Source: Antedon mediterranea
Taxonomy: Eukaryota; Animalia; Echinodermata
Assembly: GCF_964355755.1 (NCBI RefSeq)
Contig: NC_092678.1
Location: forward strand, 17,155,881 to 17,219,880
Reading direction: 5' to 3'
Length of the DNA stretch: 64,000 nt
Part shown: positions 26,350-39,157 of the stretch, piece after piece
Layout of the letters: each line of letters starts with the position of its first letter
Position numbering within the stretch: the first letter of the stretch is position 1
Notes under the pieces: generated by a model
The model's input: the letters and a program-made list of their open reading frames with translations, nothing else
Told to the model about the DNA's origin: nothing
Database searches by the model: none
Program-made: the position numbers and the translations under genes

Positions 26350-26900
26350 TGTTATATTGGAATTGGTAACAATTCTTGGCTTGTGTAACATAATGTATTG
26401 ATGAGCTGTTTTAACCTCATGAACAGATTTACTTTTATTACTTTCATTTCTTTTATGTACATTTTCAAAGTATTGAATGTGTCCTTTCTCAATCGAGTAT
26501 TTGGAAAATAATGGCTTATTCAAACTTCTTTAGCAATCCTTGAACAGTCTGGTTGGTTCAGTCACCATAAGCACATGTATGGTAATTGTAATATTTTCAG
26601 TGTTCTCGTAAAGACGAAATGCCCCATCATGTTCTGAGCTTGAGTATGATATTGTTTCTTAGAAATGAGGCTAAACCTTTTTGTTGATTTTTGCACAACA
26701 TTTCCATTCATAAAATTTCCATTGTTCACATAGTCAAGGACATGCAATACAGAGTTCATTTTAAGTTTGAAAAAAGGGCAATATATGAAAAAGAGGATAC
26801 TAGAGCGTAACATGTCATTAGTAACAAAACTGTTCCTATTCATCCAATCTCTTCTAGATGATTACTGTATATGGTCGATTTCTTTTTCTTTTTTTTTATT
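26350..26900 (-). pseudogene. Academ-type transposase fragment
   Basis: FMNGNVVQKSTKRFSLISKKQYH and HDGAFRLYEN...MVTEPTRL resemble the recalled Academ motif FxVQKTxxxFSxIAxDQAHEQ...GDGGAxGLxEN. Many stops and frameshifts. Confidence 0.55.
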
Positions 26901-29368
26901 TGAAAATCTTTGAGAACCACCAAGCTGGACTTAGGTCTGGAGGACAGAAATCTTCGGTGTCTTTTCCCCATTAAGTAGTTGTTCGTGTTATGGCAACAAA
27001 GAGAAATGTAGCAACATGAAATTGTTATGCAACAGCAAACACAAGTGACGGAAACACTAACTTTCCAAAACAAAACTTTTACTGGATTTCATCAGTAGGC
27101 CTACACATTATTGCTAAATATGTGGAAGACTTCATTTAAGTACTCGATTAGATGAGATTGGGTATTTTTTGTATATACAATTTTCTCATTTCTCATTTAC
27201 ATTACTCTAGACTCACTACAAATAGGACAATCTATTCAACTTTGTTCAGTATACTTTGTTCAATTGCACAATGCAAGCAGCCATCTTCGACATGTGCTCA
27301 AAAGTGGGTTGCAAAATAATATCATAAATATACAGTTAACTATACAATTAACTGAACAAATTTATAAATTTTATGTATTTAACAAGTCAATAACTATACT
27401 TCCTGACATTTTTTTGAAAAGTCTTCTATTAAGCAGAATAGAAACATATATATTCTGAACAATCTGACACCAAAATGAACTTTCCACTCCAACCCAATAA
27501 TGTGATATGGCAATTTTCCTGAAAAAGCAGGTCAAAGGTCAAATATGGTATTTCTGAACATTATTTGAGAAAAAACTTTATTATAGTCAATAGAAATGTT
27601 TATGTTCTGAACATTTTGACACCAAAATTAACTCTCTATGACAAGTAGTTTTATGGATATCAAAATATATTAACCGTAACAAGGTTGGTAATTACACCGT
27701 AACGGTCAAAGGCAAAACTGAGTACTTCCGGTCAATTTTGGATAAAATGTTTCATTAAATTAAATAGTAACATATATATTCTAAACAATTTGACACTTAA
27801 ATAAACTGTCTGTGACAACTATTTACTGAGATATGGTAATGCCTTAAAATATGGGTCAAAGGTTAAAACTGGTACTTCCGGTAATTTTCTTCAAAAAAAA
27901 CTTCATTAGAGTAAATAGGAATGTTTATGTTCTGAACATTTTGGGCTAAAAATCAACTCTCTATGACCAGTATTTTTAGAGATATAGACTGTTTAAGCGA
28001 AAATGTCCGCCATTTTAAGTTATGCAAATTAGGTGACCCAAAAGGTCATTTTGCTTGGCGTCCATCAAAAATTGAATTTGTATAGGGTGGGCAACCTGTA
28101 TACCAAATTTGGTGCTTTTGGAAGAAACTGAACCAAACACCCTTATTTCAGCCCTAACAGACTCCACTAATCAACATATTGATTTCATACAATTATAATA
28201 TGTTTATGTTTAATAAATCCATCCCATTGGTTTGTCCCATTTTATTTTTCTTTGGATTTATCTATGCAAACATATTTTCATTTAAACAATGCATATTCTC
28301 TGTTATACTAATTACTTACTAACTTTTTACTGTTAACATTATATTTTCCTCATCCTTTAACATTGATTTTTTTTTTATCTTTAAATGTTTACAACATTTA
28401 TTTCCAACAGATTATCCTTTTTTTTTTGCATCTACAGTATAACCCATCAAAGTTTCATTTAACTTTTATTTTTCGTATGTGGGTTCATTCAATTTTTTTT
28501 TTTACTTATTATTTATTCTATTATTTTTTTATACATACATTATCATTTAACAACATTTATGTTTAATGATCCATTAAAAAAAATTATACATTTTTTTTTC
28601 TTTTTAACCATTTTATCATTTCAAAATTCCACATGCAGTAAGAATGTGCAAATTACATATATATATACCTATAATATGAAAGCTTTGATGAAAACACTTC
28701 ACCACTTAAACCTAAAACCTTCTTATCCTTCATCATTTTTTTATCATCAATCTATAAAAAGCTTTTCACATTTTGTCTTTTTGTTTTCAAATCATCAAGG
28801 TATACATATTTACAAAACATACAATATAGTAGTAAAAAAAAAAAAACATAATAGATTCATCATTCATGGTATCTCATCCTAATTTCAAAATTAATATTAA
28901 ACGCGCCCATTTTTTTGAATTAGCATACTCAGGGATGTATTGTCCCACAAAAGCATGAAAAAAATAAAGATTTTTTATTATTCTTCATTTATCAGACTTA
29001 TAATAGGCTTTTTTTTTAGTTTTAATAAAGTTAAGCAATTCCATAGAAAAGACCGAAATAATAATGTTTCTACTTATAAAAAGACAAAATAAACAGATTA
29101 GGCTAATTTCAACACAACCTCATTGAACTGGCAGCGCAGCTAATTTGATTATTTCCTTTTTCAAGTAAATATATTTCTTAAAATCCAATTGGTCAATGTG
29201 AATAACTCTTATGTGACATTAAAATAGCATATTCAACAAAAAATTCCAAAAAATATATTTTTTCAAGGGATAAAAAATCTTCAATTCTCATTTTACTCAT
29301 ATTTCAGGTTATAGCCTAAAATGTGAATAATTTCTTGCACCAATTAAATTTAAAAATAACTCACTTAC

Positions 29369-29710
29369 CCGGTGGAACAATTACTGCTGTAACTGTTGCA
29401 TTAAATCCTCTCTTTGTTACAATATCATCAGTAGCTAAAGCAATCCGCATTGTGTTGTTGTTGGAAACTAGAGAATCAAATGTTAAACCTGTAAACCTAA
29501 CTTTATTTTCATTTCCTGCAAATGCTATATCCAAATAATCCCATCCGTCCTCCAGTTGAAAGTCGTTGAACTCAAGATAAATGAACAACTCTGGAGAGGT
29601 TGTAACCATCCATTCACACTTTAAATTGTTGTCGTAGTTCTTCGGATAATTAGGAGACCAAAATGCATATGATGAGTTCTCAGATTCAAGATGAATATCC
29701 TGGTTACATT
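29369..29710 (-). CDS. CUB domain exon (342 nt, phase 1-1)
   Basis: cttgcag|AA TGT AAC...CCA CCG G|gtaagt; ECNQDI...SPNYPKNYDNNLKCEWMV...LEFNDFQLEDGWDYLDI...TDDIVTKRGFNAT fits the CUB consensus. Confidence 0.93.
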
Positions 29711-31061
29711 CTGCAAGATAAATAAGATAATAATAATACACGGAATGTAGGCCTATTGTTACTATTGTATTGATAGAAATATAGCGTGATTAATAATTTA
29801 GGTAATTACAATATTTGATATTTTCAAAATAACCTTAGAGGTAATATATCCGGCTAATCCTGTATATCTAATTGTTAATGATGGTTTTAATATGATAGGC
29901 CTAATAATGATAAGGATAATGATAATGATAATGAAAATAATAATAGTTCATTCTTATAGCGCATTATAAGCAAGCTCTCAATGCGCTGCACACTTTATTA
30001 CCCCGGGAATTGTTTTGGATAATACACGTATGGAAACATACTCCCATATTACTTGTTATTTTTACCTATCCATGTGATTTTATATATAGTTTTAACAACA
30101 ATTATTGTCATTTAATCAGGCCGTGCTACAGTATAAAATAGGGTACACAAAATACATGAAATTACATTAGATTACAAATGTACAAATAGTAATTAATCAG
30201 TAATTGCCCCGGTCCAGTTATCCCATTTATAAAAGTGTGAATTTTATCAATTATTACCTATTGATGAAAAATATTTGATTTGTGTGTATACTTCGTAAAT
30301 AAAGTCCGTTTACTACCAGGTGTCCAGTTTTAACTGTTCAAGGAAAGTTAGCACCTACTCTTAACCTAAATCTGCACATGTGCCAAAGCTTGGTGTTCAC
30401 AAACATGTGTGTACAAGGTAAATACGATTTACCAATAACATAGCCTTCTTAACTTAATGTAAAATTAAATAAACAACAATCGTCTGACTGACTTCATGTT
30501 ATTGTTTAAACTCATAGTCAGATAATTTTTAGTATGTTATATAGAAAGAGAATCACGATTGATAAAGAGAGATAAACACATTTGAGTAAAATTATGATTT
30601 CAAATGAATTCTTAAATGTTGACAATTAGTTGGGCAATTGTTTTTTATAACTTTGTTTTACAGAATTGTAGTTTTCTGTAGAAAAGGAATCACGGTTGCC
30701 CAAGATATAAATGATTTTGTAAAATTGCGGGGAATTAAAATTTCAAATCCACACATTATAAGTTATTTTTTTTAAATCAGTCGGGCAATTGTTACTATGT
30801 TCTACAGTATTGACCAGTTTTCTGTATAAAGAGAATCCTGTTGCTCAAGATAGAAACGATTGTGTTAAACTGTGGAGAATTACGACTTTCAATGAATTCT
30901 AAGATATTTTGTTGATATTAAAAGTAAAACAAATTTAAGTACTTGAAACCATACTCACGAATAGAACAGCTTGAAAACGAGATATACAATAATGATAGCT
31001 ACCAGCAGTATAATTAATTCACAAATAATAATTATTTTAAAACAAAGTATAGTACCCATAC

Positions 31062-31158
31062 CAGGATCATAATCACCACTAGAGTAATCTGATGATGATG
31101 ATGAAGAGCTTGAAAACGATACAATAACCAACAGCATAATAACGCTAAAGATAAACAT
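31062..31158 (-). CDS. First coding exon (signal peptide) of a CUB-LRR receptor-like gene (GRL101/LGR type C-like by inference)
   Basis: ATG at 31158: MFIFSVIMLLVIVSFSSSSSSSSDYSSGDYDP, then G|gtatgg (32 codons + 1 nt, phase 1, in frame with the CUB exon). Confidence 0.8.
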
Positions 31159-32091
31159 CTTGTTACGTAATTCTGTACTGATTCGTTGACGATTTTTACG
31201 AAATTCCGTAAGTTCACTCACTCGTATTCACGAATTAAACTTACCTCCGTGATTCTTTCCAACTTATAATACTTGTTTTCGGTGGTCTTCATTAAATTAT
31301 GATTTTGCTTTTAGACAATTTACAAAATTGATAGATAAATCGTTTCACCAGGCCTATACTTAATAAATTATGAGTTTGTTACTGATGTTGCTAGCATTAT
31401 GTTATTCTACAAAAATTCTAAAGTTTTTACGATATACGCTAACTAAGATCTGGTAGAAGCGTTGTAAATAATATTTAGTTTATTTTCTTCTCCTTTTTTT
31501 TAGACAAGAAATGACAATGGATGTGTGTCGATATATAGTTTTCCTTAACTGGTGACGTAGGCCTACACGTCATTGTATACACAGTTACAGTGGGATTGAT
31601 TCATAATAAGAAGAGAAGATCAATACGAGTCCATCTGTTAAAGTCATCATTTTTCCATTAGTTGTATACATAATGTATATATACATTAACGTATTTCATC
31701 GTAATAGTTATGCTTCAAAGAAGTAATAATTATTAAATCTTCTTTTCTGCTTTTTTTTTTCAATTTAATGAGGTGAGTTGTAATTTTGACCTTAGAAAAA
31801 ATCCTGACATTACGGGAATTGAACCTAGGACCGTTGGAGTGGTAGTCAAGCATCATAAACACCAACCCACAACTCAACTCCAGATCTATGTTAAACCAAA
31901 AGTAGTATCTGTTTGTTGCTTTCACTATGTTCATGTCAAACACACACATAGTTATTCATTTTAGTGGAGTTGAAGAATGAAATTATTTCAATACTAACAA
32001 TTCACTCCTTTGCTAACGTACTTCTAGACAAATTGTTGATAAATAAATCATGATAACAACCTCATTGTTCTTCTCTCCTTTTATTATATAA

Positions 32092-32398
32092 AGTTTGGTT
32101 CCCAATTGGACGCAACGTAAGAACGTAGATGCAACGCAAGTGAGTTGACAAGTGACAAGCGACAGTTCGAATAATCCATCGCTTGTGATTGGTCAAATCC
32201 CTTTCGTCGTGTGTCTAGTGAGAACCAAGTTTAAAAGATAGCGTAAAGCTTGGTTAACTTGGACAACGCAAGGACGTAACGCAACGTGATTTGACCAATC
32301 TCAAGCGATGGATTATTCCAACAGTCGCGTGTTATTGGTCAACTCGCTTGCGTTGCGTATACGTCCTTGCGCTACGTCCTAGTGGGAACCGAGCTTTA
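32092..32398. mobile_element. Two adjacent, oppositely oriented copies of a ~150-bp palindromic PIF/Harbinger-like MITE
   Basis: AAG(T/C)TTGGTT...GAACC(A/G)AG(T/C)TT termini with TAA flanks and internal TGACCAATC/GATTGGTCA. Related copies at about 50560-50897 and 59755-59900. Confidence 0.6.
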
Positions 32399-34945
32399 AG
32401 GCTGTGTTTCCCCCGCAGCGTAACACAATTGATCGGTCAACCAAACAGATGATAAAACAAAAATAAAGTGTGCATTCACAACGCAACAATTTATCTTTTA
32501 TGTAAACAATTATTGCATTTATCCGAAATATCTGATTTTTCAGGAACTTTATCGGTTAATTTGTATCGATAAATATCTTATTTAATTTAATTTTATCTTA
32601 ATTATCTTATCCTATTTTTCTTATTTTGATATTTCAATGTAAATGTCATTGTACCTATTATTAACTTAGTACGGGTTATTATGTCTTCCAGCTCGATATT
32701 TGTGCCAAAATAGATTTTTTAGCTAACTTTGTTATTATTGAGATGCTGAATCCAAAAAAGTTAGGTGCCATTTTTTTCGACCACTCCTTCAGCCGCCATT
32801 TTGTATTTCAAAATGGCCGATTTTCCACACTAAAGTTGGTCATCCATTGTGTCATTGGAAAGGGAATTTAATACTGATTATTTTATTCCATTACATTCAT
32901 ATCAATAAACGCATAGTTACATAGTAATTGCGAAATAAAACAAATAACGTGACCAATAAAGGTCAAAAAGTCAAAATGCAATTTTACCAAAATACTGTAC
33001 TTTTTGGTATCGTTGGATAGATTTTTTTATTTTGAATACAGTTTTACTAATATCTATTCTATTTTACTTTGTTTATTGTCATAATTTTCTAATTATGTAA
33101 ATAAATTGTTTTTAAATGTTCCTTGTTGTTTTATCATGCTAATTACTTTCTTATTTACATACAACCTGTACTATTGGAATAATAAGTATAATTTAGGCGT
33201 TGTTTTCTGTTCTTCTGATGACGAGAATAGTTTTTCAAAACAGCAGTTTGCCTATTCTCGCTCGCTATACTCATTTTAATAATGAAAAAATAGTCTCCTT
33301 CGTATTAAGATAAATACGGTTTTTCTTATTGGTTTTACAATTCATTCAAAATATGTTTCTTTGATTTTCTTTCTACTTTGTCATTGTCCATTTATATGTT
33401 TTATATTATATTGTATATTATCTTAATACTGAATAAGTACCGTACGGTACAGGATTACACTTAACTTCAATGTCAATTTTCCGAGTTATTTAATTTAAAA
33501 TCAAAATAACTATAGTCCGTGAACAAAGGTGAAATAAACTGTTGTCAAATCACATCTTTGTTTTTTTCGTTGGATAGCTTTTTAAATTCTGAATCTATTT
33601 TATTTGTAGTAGTTTACATTTCTGTTTTTCGTAAAAAGAAAAAAAAATGCTACGGGGAATGGTATCATTTGCGTAGCGTTCAAAATCATTTGTATTTTTG
33701 TCAAAGCGGGTACCAAACAATTTAAAGCCATCTGTGCACAATCCCAATTGGCATGCCTTTCTCTTTCTCTTTGAACGTCAGATTAAGTGCAGCAAACAGA
33801 ATGTTTGCATTTGATATTATTATACAGTGAAAAAATCTTAAGAATTAAGAAAAAAAATCAAGATCAATTAGTTTTCCATAAATAAAGTTTACACAAAATA
33901 AAGAAAATTCAGTGTCATACTGCTGTCTTTACTACCTTTACAAAATGAAACGAATTACGGTGTTTTTAACGTCTAAAAGATCACTTTGATTTTTACGTAT
34001 GGTTTGTGATTTTCGTAATATAAATCCTAAATACGTTGTTATTAAAAGTCACATAGAATAATATCAAACTATACTTGTTTGTGGTAACTTAACTTTAAGA
34101 ACTTATCAGAAAAAAGGGAAACAAAATCCGCTTTCCAGCAATAATATTCAAATTAGTTTGAGAAAAACGAAATCTTATAACTTCAGAGACACTTTATAAA
34201 TATGTACCGTATGTAACGATTTCATTTATTGAATTCCCTTTTATAAATTTGTATTCTAATTTTGTTACTTTTACTGCATTTCTCAGTTATATTTATCAAA
34301 AATGCAGTGCGACCACACACCGGTAGGGGATGGAATCGGCTTTTCAGTCATCGGTGCGTTTTCAATTATTATTATTATTATTATTATTTTATTGTTTTTG
34401 GGCATGATCCCATTGTATATGTTTGTTGTTAGTATTTGTATTCTTATGTGTATGAGCATATGCCACCGATTTAATTGTATATTCAATACATTATGTTATC
34501 ATCTGGAACGGTGGAAGATTATTCGACTACTTATACACAGTATAGATGAGCTGTTTTCTATCCTGTCTTTATGGTCACACAAATATCCAATATATATAAT
34601 ATAAGAATGTGTACATAAATTAATTTAAATAAGCAACAGCTTTTTTATCGATTTACTTTATATATACCTGTATTATTAGGCCTAGGCTTACAACATGCAA
34701 CCATGCTATTGGCAGAAAACCATGTTTGAAAAAAACAACATAGATGCCACTGCACTGGATATAGTTATAAATAAAACTACATTAACTAGCAGAATTAAGA
34801 CAAATCTAAATTCCTTTTCAAAGTTACGTTTATGCTGTAGTAGTTGTATGAACTTGCTCAAATAAAAGGTACCAAAAAAATCAATTAGTTTACCTCCAAG
34901 ATTATGTTTGCGTCGCAACCGGCAAAGCAATGGTTGTTTGATCTT

Positions 34946-35060
34946 GTTTTTAGTCGCGTGGACGCGACTCTATAGTTCACTATGTCGGTCGGTCGGTCTG
35001 TCTGTCGGTCCGGTATCACTATGCGTTTTAGCACGCGACTAATGGCTGTTGGCCTGGTTT
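34946..35060 (+). mobile_element. Miniature DINE-1/HINE-like element
   Basis: TTTTTAGTCGCGTGGACGCGACT, (GTCG/GTCT)n, GCACGCGACT, then GGCCTGGTTT: the terminal modules of 225-955 with no interior. Confidence 0.7.
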
Positions 35061-35204
35061 ACTGTACTTGCAATGCGAAAACCGGGCATATCGAGGATCT
35101 TGATAGTTAAACTTAACTTATACTAAAGTATTTTCACACTGAAATTGTTATTATAACCAGATAAATGTTACCAACATTTGAATGAATTACGGTAATTTAA
35201 CCAA

Positions 35205-38200
35205 CTAGATGGTACGCTTGCTTCGCTCGCGTACCATCTAGGTCGTGCCCACAGATGGTTCTCGAATAATTTCAGCGTTAAAAAACTGGCGATTTCAAAT
35301 GTACGTACGTACTACAGGTCGTTTACAGGAACGAATAAATAGACACTGATTTATGTACTCAACTAAAATTATCACCCTGGGAATTACTTCCGAAATAGAA
35401 ACTTGTCGCAAAATGAGACCAATTGTTTAAGTCAAATTTAAACAAACTTAATTTGTGTTTTGTATGTAACATTAGGGCGGAGGGATGGGGAAGAGGATGG
35501 ATGTAAAGAGGAACAATTTTTAAATATATTTTTTATCCATTTAGTAACGAAATATTAATTGTTTTCATGTTTTACAAATATACCACTAAACGCAGTAAAA
35601 CATTGCGATGTAATACTTTGTTGAAACTATCACCGTCCTAGTTGATTGAAATAGTACAGTACATGTAACGATACACTCACGACGACGTGTATGTTTATAT
35701 AATGTAAAACAATTTGTGAAAACCACCTCTATTCGGGGAAAATCATAAATTCGATTTAATCGTCAATAAATATTAAATTATCTAACTCAACTTAATTAGT
35801 AGGCCTAATGGTTTTCAATTGTTTCTTAGAGCCAATTCATACTTAAGTTGGTTCCTACCCTACCCACCAAAGTTGTTCTGCGTTTAGGGCATGTGATGCA
35901 CCGTAGGCCTATCCTCTTCTGGCTTTACAACGCTACTCATGCCAGTGAGGGAAGGGTGATGATGTGGGTGGTTTAACTGCAATAATAAAGATTTGTACAT
36001 AATATACGGCGACTGAAAACGCTAGCTCATTATCCGTTTAAAAAAAAATTATATCCAACCTCTGCAGCACAGATTGAAAAAAAATGGATCGACTTTCTGT
36101 TATCTATATATAAATTATGGTTAATTCTGACATAGGCGAGCACAATGCAAAAACTTCGGTACAAATCTCCGCCTTGGATACCTACCTTATCTATCCGAGA
36201 TGTACCGCGAAACGTAGATTTGATAACATTAGTGTGCACGCCGACGCTATTGTTCCATATTTATATCTTAGGAAGATATTATAAAGAGTTTTTTAACAAC
36301 ATTTATGATTTCAACATTGGATTTTCCTCTCAATTTCAATTCTTCCCGGTCAAAGTAATTTCCGGGTTTAAGATAAGTTCACCTTAGTTTCAAATATTTT
36401 CTCTCTTTTATACACAAGGGAGCAGTTAAAATAATAGATTTGACCCTAAAGGTGACTGGAAACAGGCACTTTCCATCAATCAATACAGCGTCCCTTTGGA
36501 AGACGAAAAAAAAAATGGCCATTAATCATAGCCATTTCAGTTTTTTGTTTATTTTAAAACATACCACACGTGTGTGAAGGTACAGTAGTTAAATAATAGG
36601 AATTATAGGCCCCTACTGCAAATTAATAAAGATCAAATTAAATATACGCCATAAAGAATCAGAATATATTGTGGGGAATAGTATTATAAAATTACATAGG
36701 GAGATTTGATAAGATATTTTTCGAGTGAAATCCCGATAGCTGAGTTTTATTGAGTAAGCTTGCAGGAATAACTGTAGGCTATCTTCCTGTGTCCCGTTAG
36801 GACCGAGATGTCTGCCCATGTTGCAAGCCGTAATGTCTTCTTTCTTGGGCCCACTCTGTCACGGCAGTTAGTTTCAAAAGATGATTAAATTAAATAATGT
36901 ATTAATTATTAGGATGGTATTCATTTGAATAAACGCCTCTCCAATAAAACATCACTTTGAATAATAACCCCTCCCCCCACAACCCAACTATCTAATAAAC
37001 GTCCATCCACATATTTATAATAACACAATTATACTATTTGTAGTAGAACAAATTAATAAAGATCAAATTAAATATACGCCATAAAGAATCAGAATATATT
37101 GTGAAGAATAGTATTAGAAAATTACATAGGGAGATTTGATAAGACATTTTTCGAGTGAAATCCCGATAGCTGAGTTTTATTGAGTAAACTTGCAGGAATA
37201 ACTGTAGGCTATCTTCCTGTGTCCCGTTAGGACCGAGATGTCTGCCCATGTTGCAAGCCGTAATGTCTTCTTTCTTGGGCCCACTCTGTCACGGCAGTTA
37301 GTTTCAAAAGATGATTAAATTAAATAATGTATTAATAATTATTAGGATGGTATTCATTTGAATAAACGCCTCTCCAATAAAACATCACTTTGAATAATAA
37401 CCCCCCCCCCCCCCTCCACAACCCAACTATCTAATAAACGTCCATCCATATATTTATAATAACACAATTATACTATTTGTAGTAGAATTCACCGCACTGT
37501 TATCTGCAATTTACCAAGCATTTGTTATTCTTTTTTACCACTTTTCATATCTATGAGAGGATTTCATTTGATTATAAATGTTACCATATTATTAGAACTA
37601 AAAAATTTAACATATATCCCTCGAATAAGCACCTCCCTCAAATTACCTCCGCCTCCCCAAAGGGCCCTACCAAACAATAAAAACTATACTTTAAAATGTT
37701 ATTAATCATCTAAAACACTGTGAAACAAAGTAGTTTAGTTTTACGAATGTCAAGCATTTTCAATAATGGTAACCGACAGAAAATGTATAAGGAGAACATT
37801 ATCATTCCGAGAACCATCGTCTACACTTCCTAGAGGGGGAGCGAGCGAAGCGAGCTCACCCTCTAGTGAGTATAATTTCGGTTATGAGTATACAGTACTT
37901 TCCTTTACGACGCCTGAGGGAATAGACACTTGTGGAACAGAGATTGGAATGTTCCATTCATCGCAAATCCATACATCTGAATAAACGTATATTAAATCTA
38001 TAAAAAAGGTATTTTTTAAAGAAAATCGGCCTGTCTTCAACATTATGATGCTGTACTCGAGCTGTTCAACCGGTTTTCAGCCATTAAAAACAATTATCGT
38101 AAGAGGAGATAGGAAAATTAGAAGCATCCTCGTATTATCGTTTGCGGGTATTTTTCAAGACGGACATCCATTAGACAGTGTATACCACGATCGAAAAACA

Positions 38201-38408
38201 CCCCTATTTGGGGCAAATCGTTGAACCTAAATTCGTTTTAATCGTCAATAACTAATTATCGAACTCAATTTAATTAGTAATCAGGGTTACATCAGGTGGT
38301 TAAAATCAGTACCGAAAGTACAAACCAACTTTATATACCATCGAGTAAACATTCTAGAAATAACGCGCGATTTACCGAATTTTGTTCTTACGTAAATGTA
38401 TATATAGA
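35205..38408 (-). mobile_element. Non-autonomous Helitron, family B copy 2 (contains Helitron A copy 2)
   Basis: Plus strand A|CTAGATGGTACG...TATATAGA|T. The empty site CCAA|TAAGAAAAACCG is preserved, inverted, in the left Academ arm at about 33315-33335. Confidence 0.85.
36103..37866 (+). mobile_element. Non-autonomous Helitron, family A copy 2, with internal ~430-bp tandem duplication
   Basis: A|TCTATATATAAATT...CCCTCTAG|T. The empty site CTGTTA|TGAGTAT is seen in Helitron B copy 1 at about 15355-15367. CAAATTAATAAAGATC starts twice (about 36618 and 37049). Confidence 0.85.
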
Positions 38409-39157
38409 TAAGAAAAACCGTATTTATCGTAATACGAAGGAGACCTTTTATTGTACATTTAAAAACAATTTAATAATTGGAAAAATATGACAATAAACAA
38501 AGGAAAATCAAATAGATATTACTAAAACTGTATTCAGAATAAAAAAAGCTATCCTACGATACCAAACAGTAAAGTATTTGACAAAATTAAAATGTTGACC
38601 TCTTGACCTTTTTGGTCACGTGACTTATTTTATTGTTTAATAACTATGTAACTATGCATTTTTTGATATGGATGTAATGGAATAAAATGATCAGTATTAC
38701 ATTCCCTTTCCGATGATAACATGGTTGAAAAAGTTCAGTGTAGAATGTTGGCCATTTTGAAATACAAAATGGCGGCTGAAGGAGTGGTCGAAAAAAATGG
38801 CACCTAACTTTTTTGAATTCAGCAACTCAAGAATAACAACGTTAGCCAATAAAATCCATTTTGGCACAAATATCGAGCTGGAGCTGGTTTTTCTTACATA
38901 TGTGACTGTACTAACTGTAGTTTAGCGCATCTGGCTGACCTGGTTTAATGTTTTTAATATCAAAGCATCAACAATTGCAGGGAAGATTAAGGACCATTAG
39001 GTAAACCCGATCGTTTAAATTTTATTTTCTGAATCATGTTATTCTGTATAAATATGTTTTAAATAAATGAAATAAACGTTTTAAATATTTATTCAATATT
39101 GCCGCGCGCCAACAACAAGGTTTATTTTTTTAAAAGTTTGTGCTTTCTTTTCGACAA

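Larger units (their letters stand above)
23045..28169. mobile_element. Academ-like DNA transposon (internally deleted) with about 1.1-kb TIRs
   Basis: Termini TAGTGGAGTCTGTTAGGG...CCCTAACAGACTCCACTA; arms about 23045-24150 and 27025-28169; 3-bp TSD ATC (23042-23044, 28170-28172); internal transposase relic. Confidence 0.8.
32667..38913. mobile_element. Academ-like non-autonomous element with long TIRs
   Basis: TAGTAC...GTACTA termini and 3-bp TSD ACT (32664-32666, 38914-38916). Left arm about 32667-33350 is mirrored by about 35176-35204 plus 38409-38913, the right arm being split by Helitron B. Confidence 0.75.

Noticed and set aside
33700-33815. Minus-strand LGLCTDGFKLFG resembling a CACTA transposase motif
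   Set aside because: A single short match among stops with no neighbouring motifs; may be chance.
34302-34604. 100-aa hydrophobic ORF as a membrane protein
   Set aside because: The poly-Ile run comes from an (ATT)n microsatellite inside an Academ-like element.
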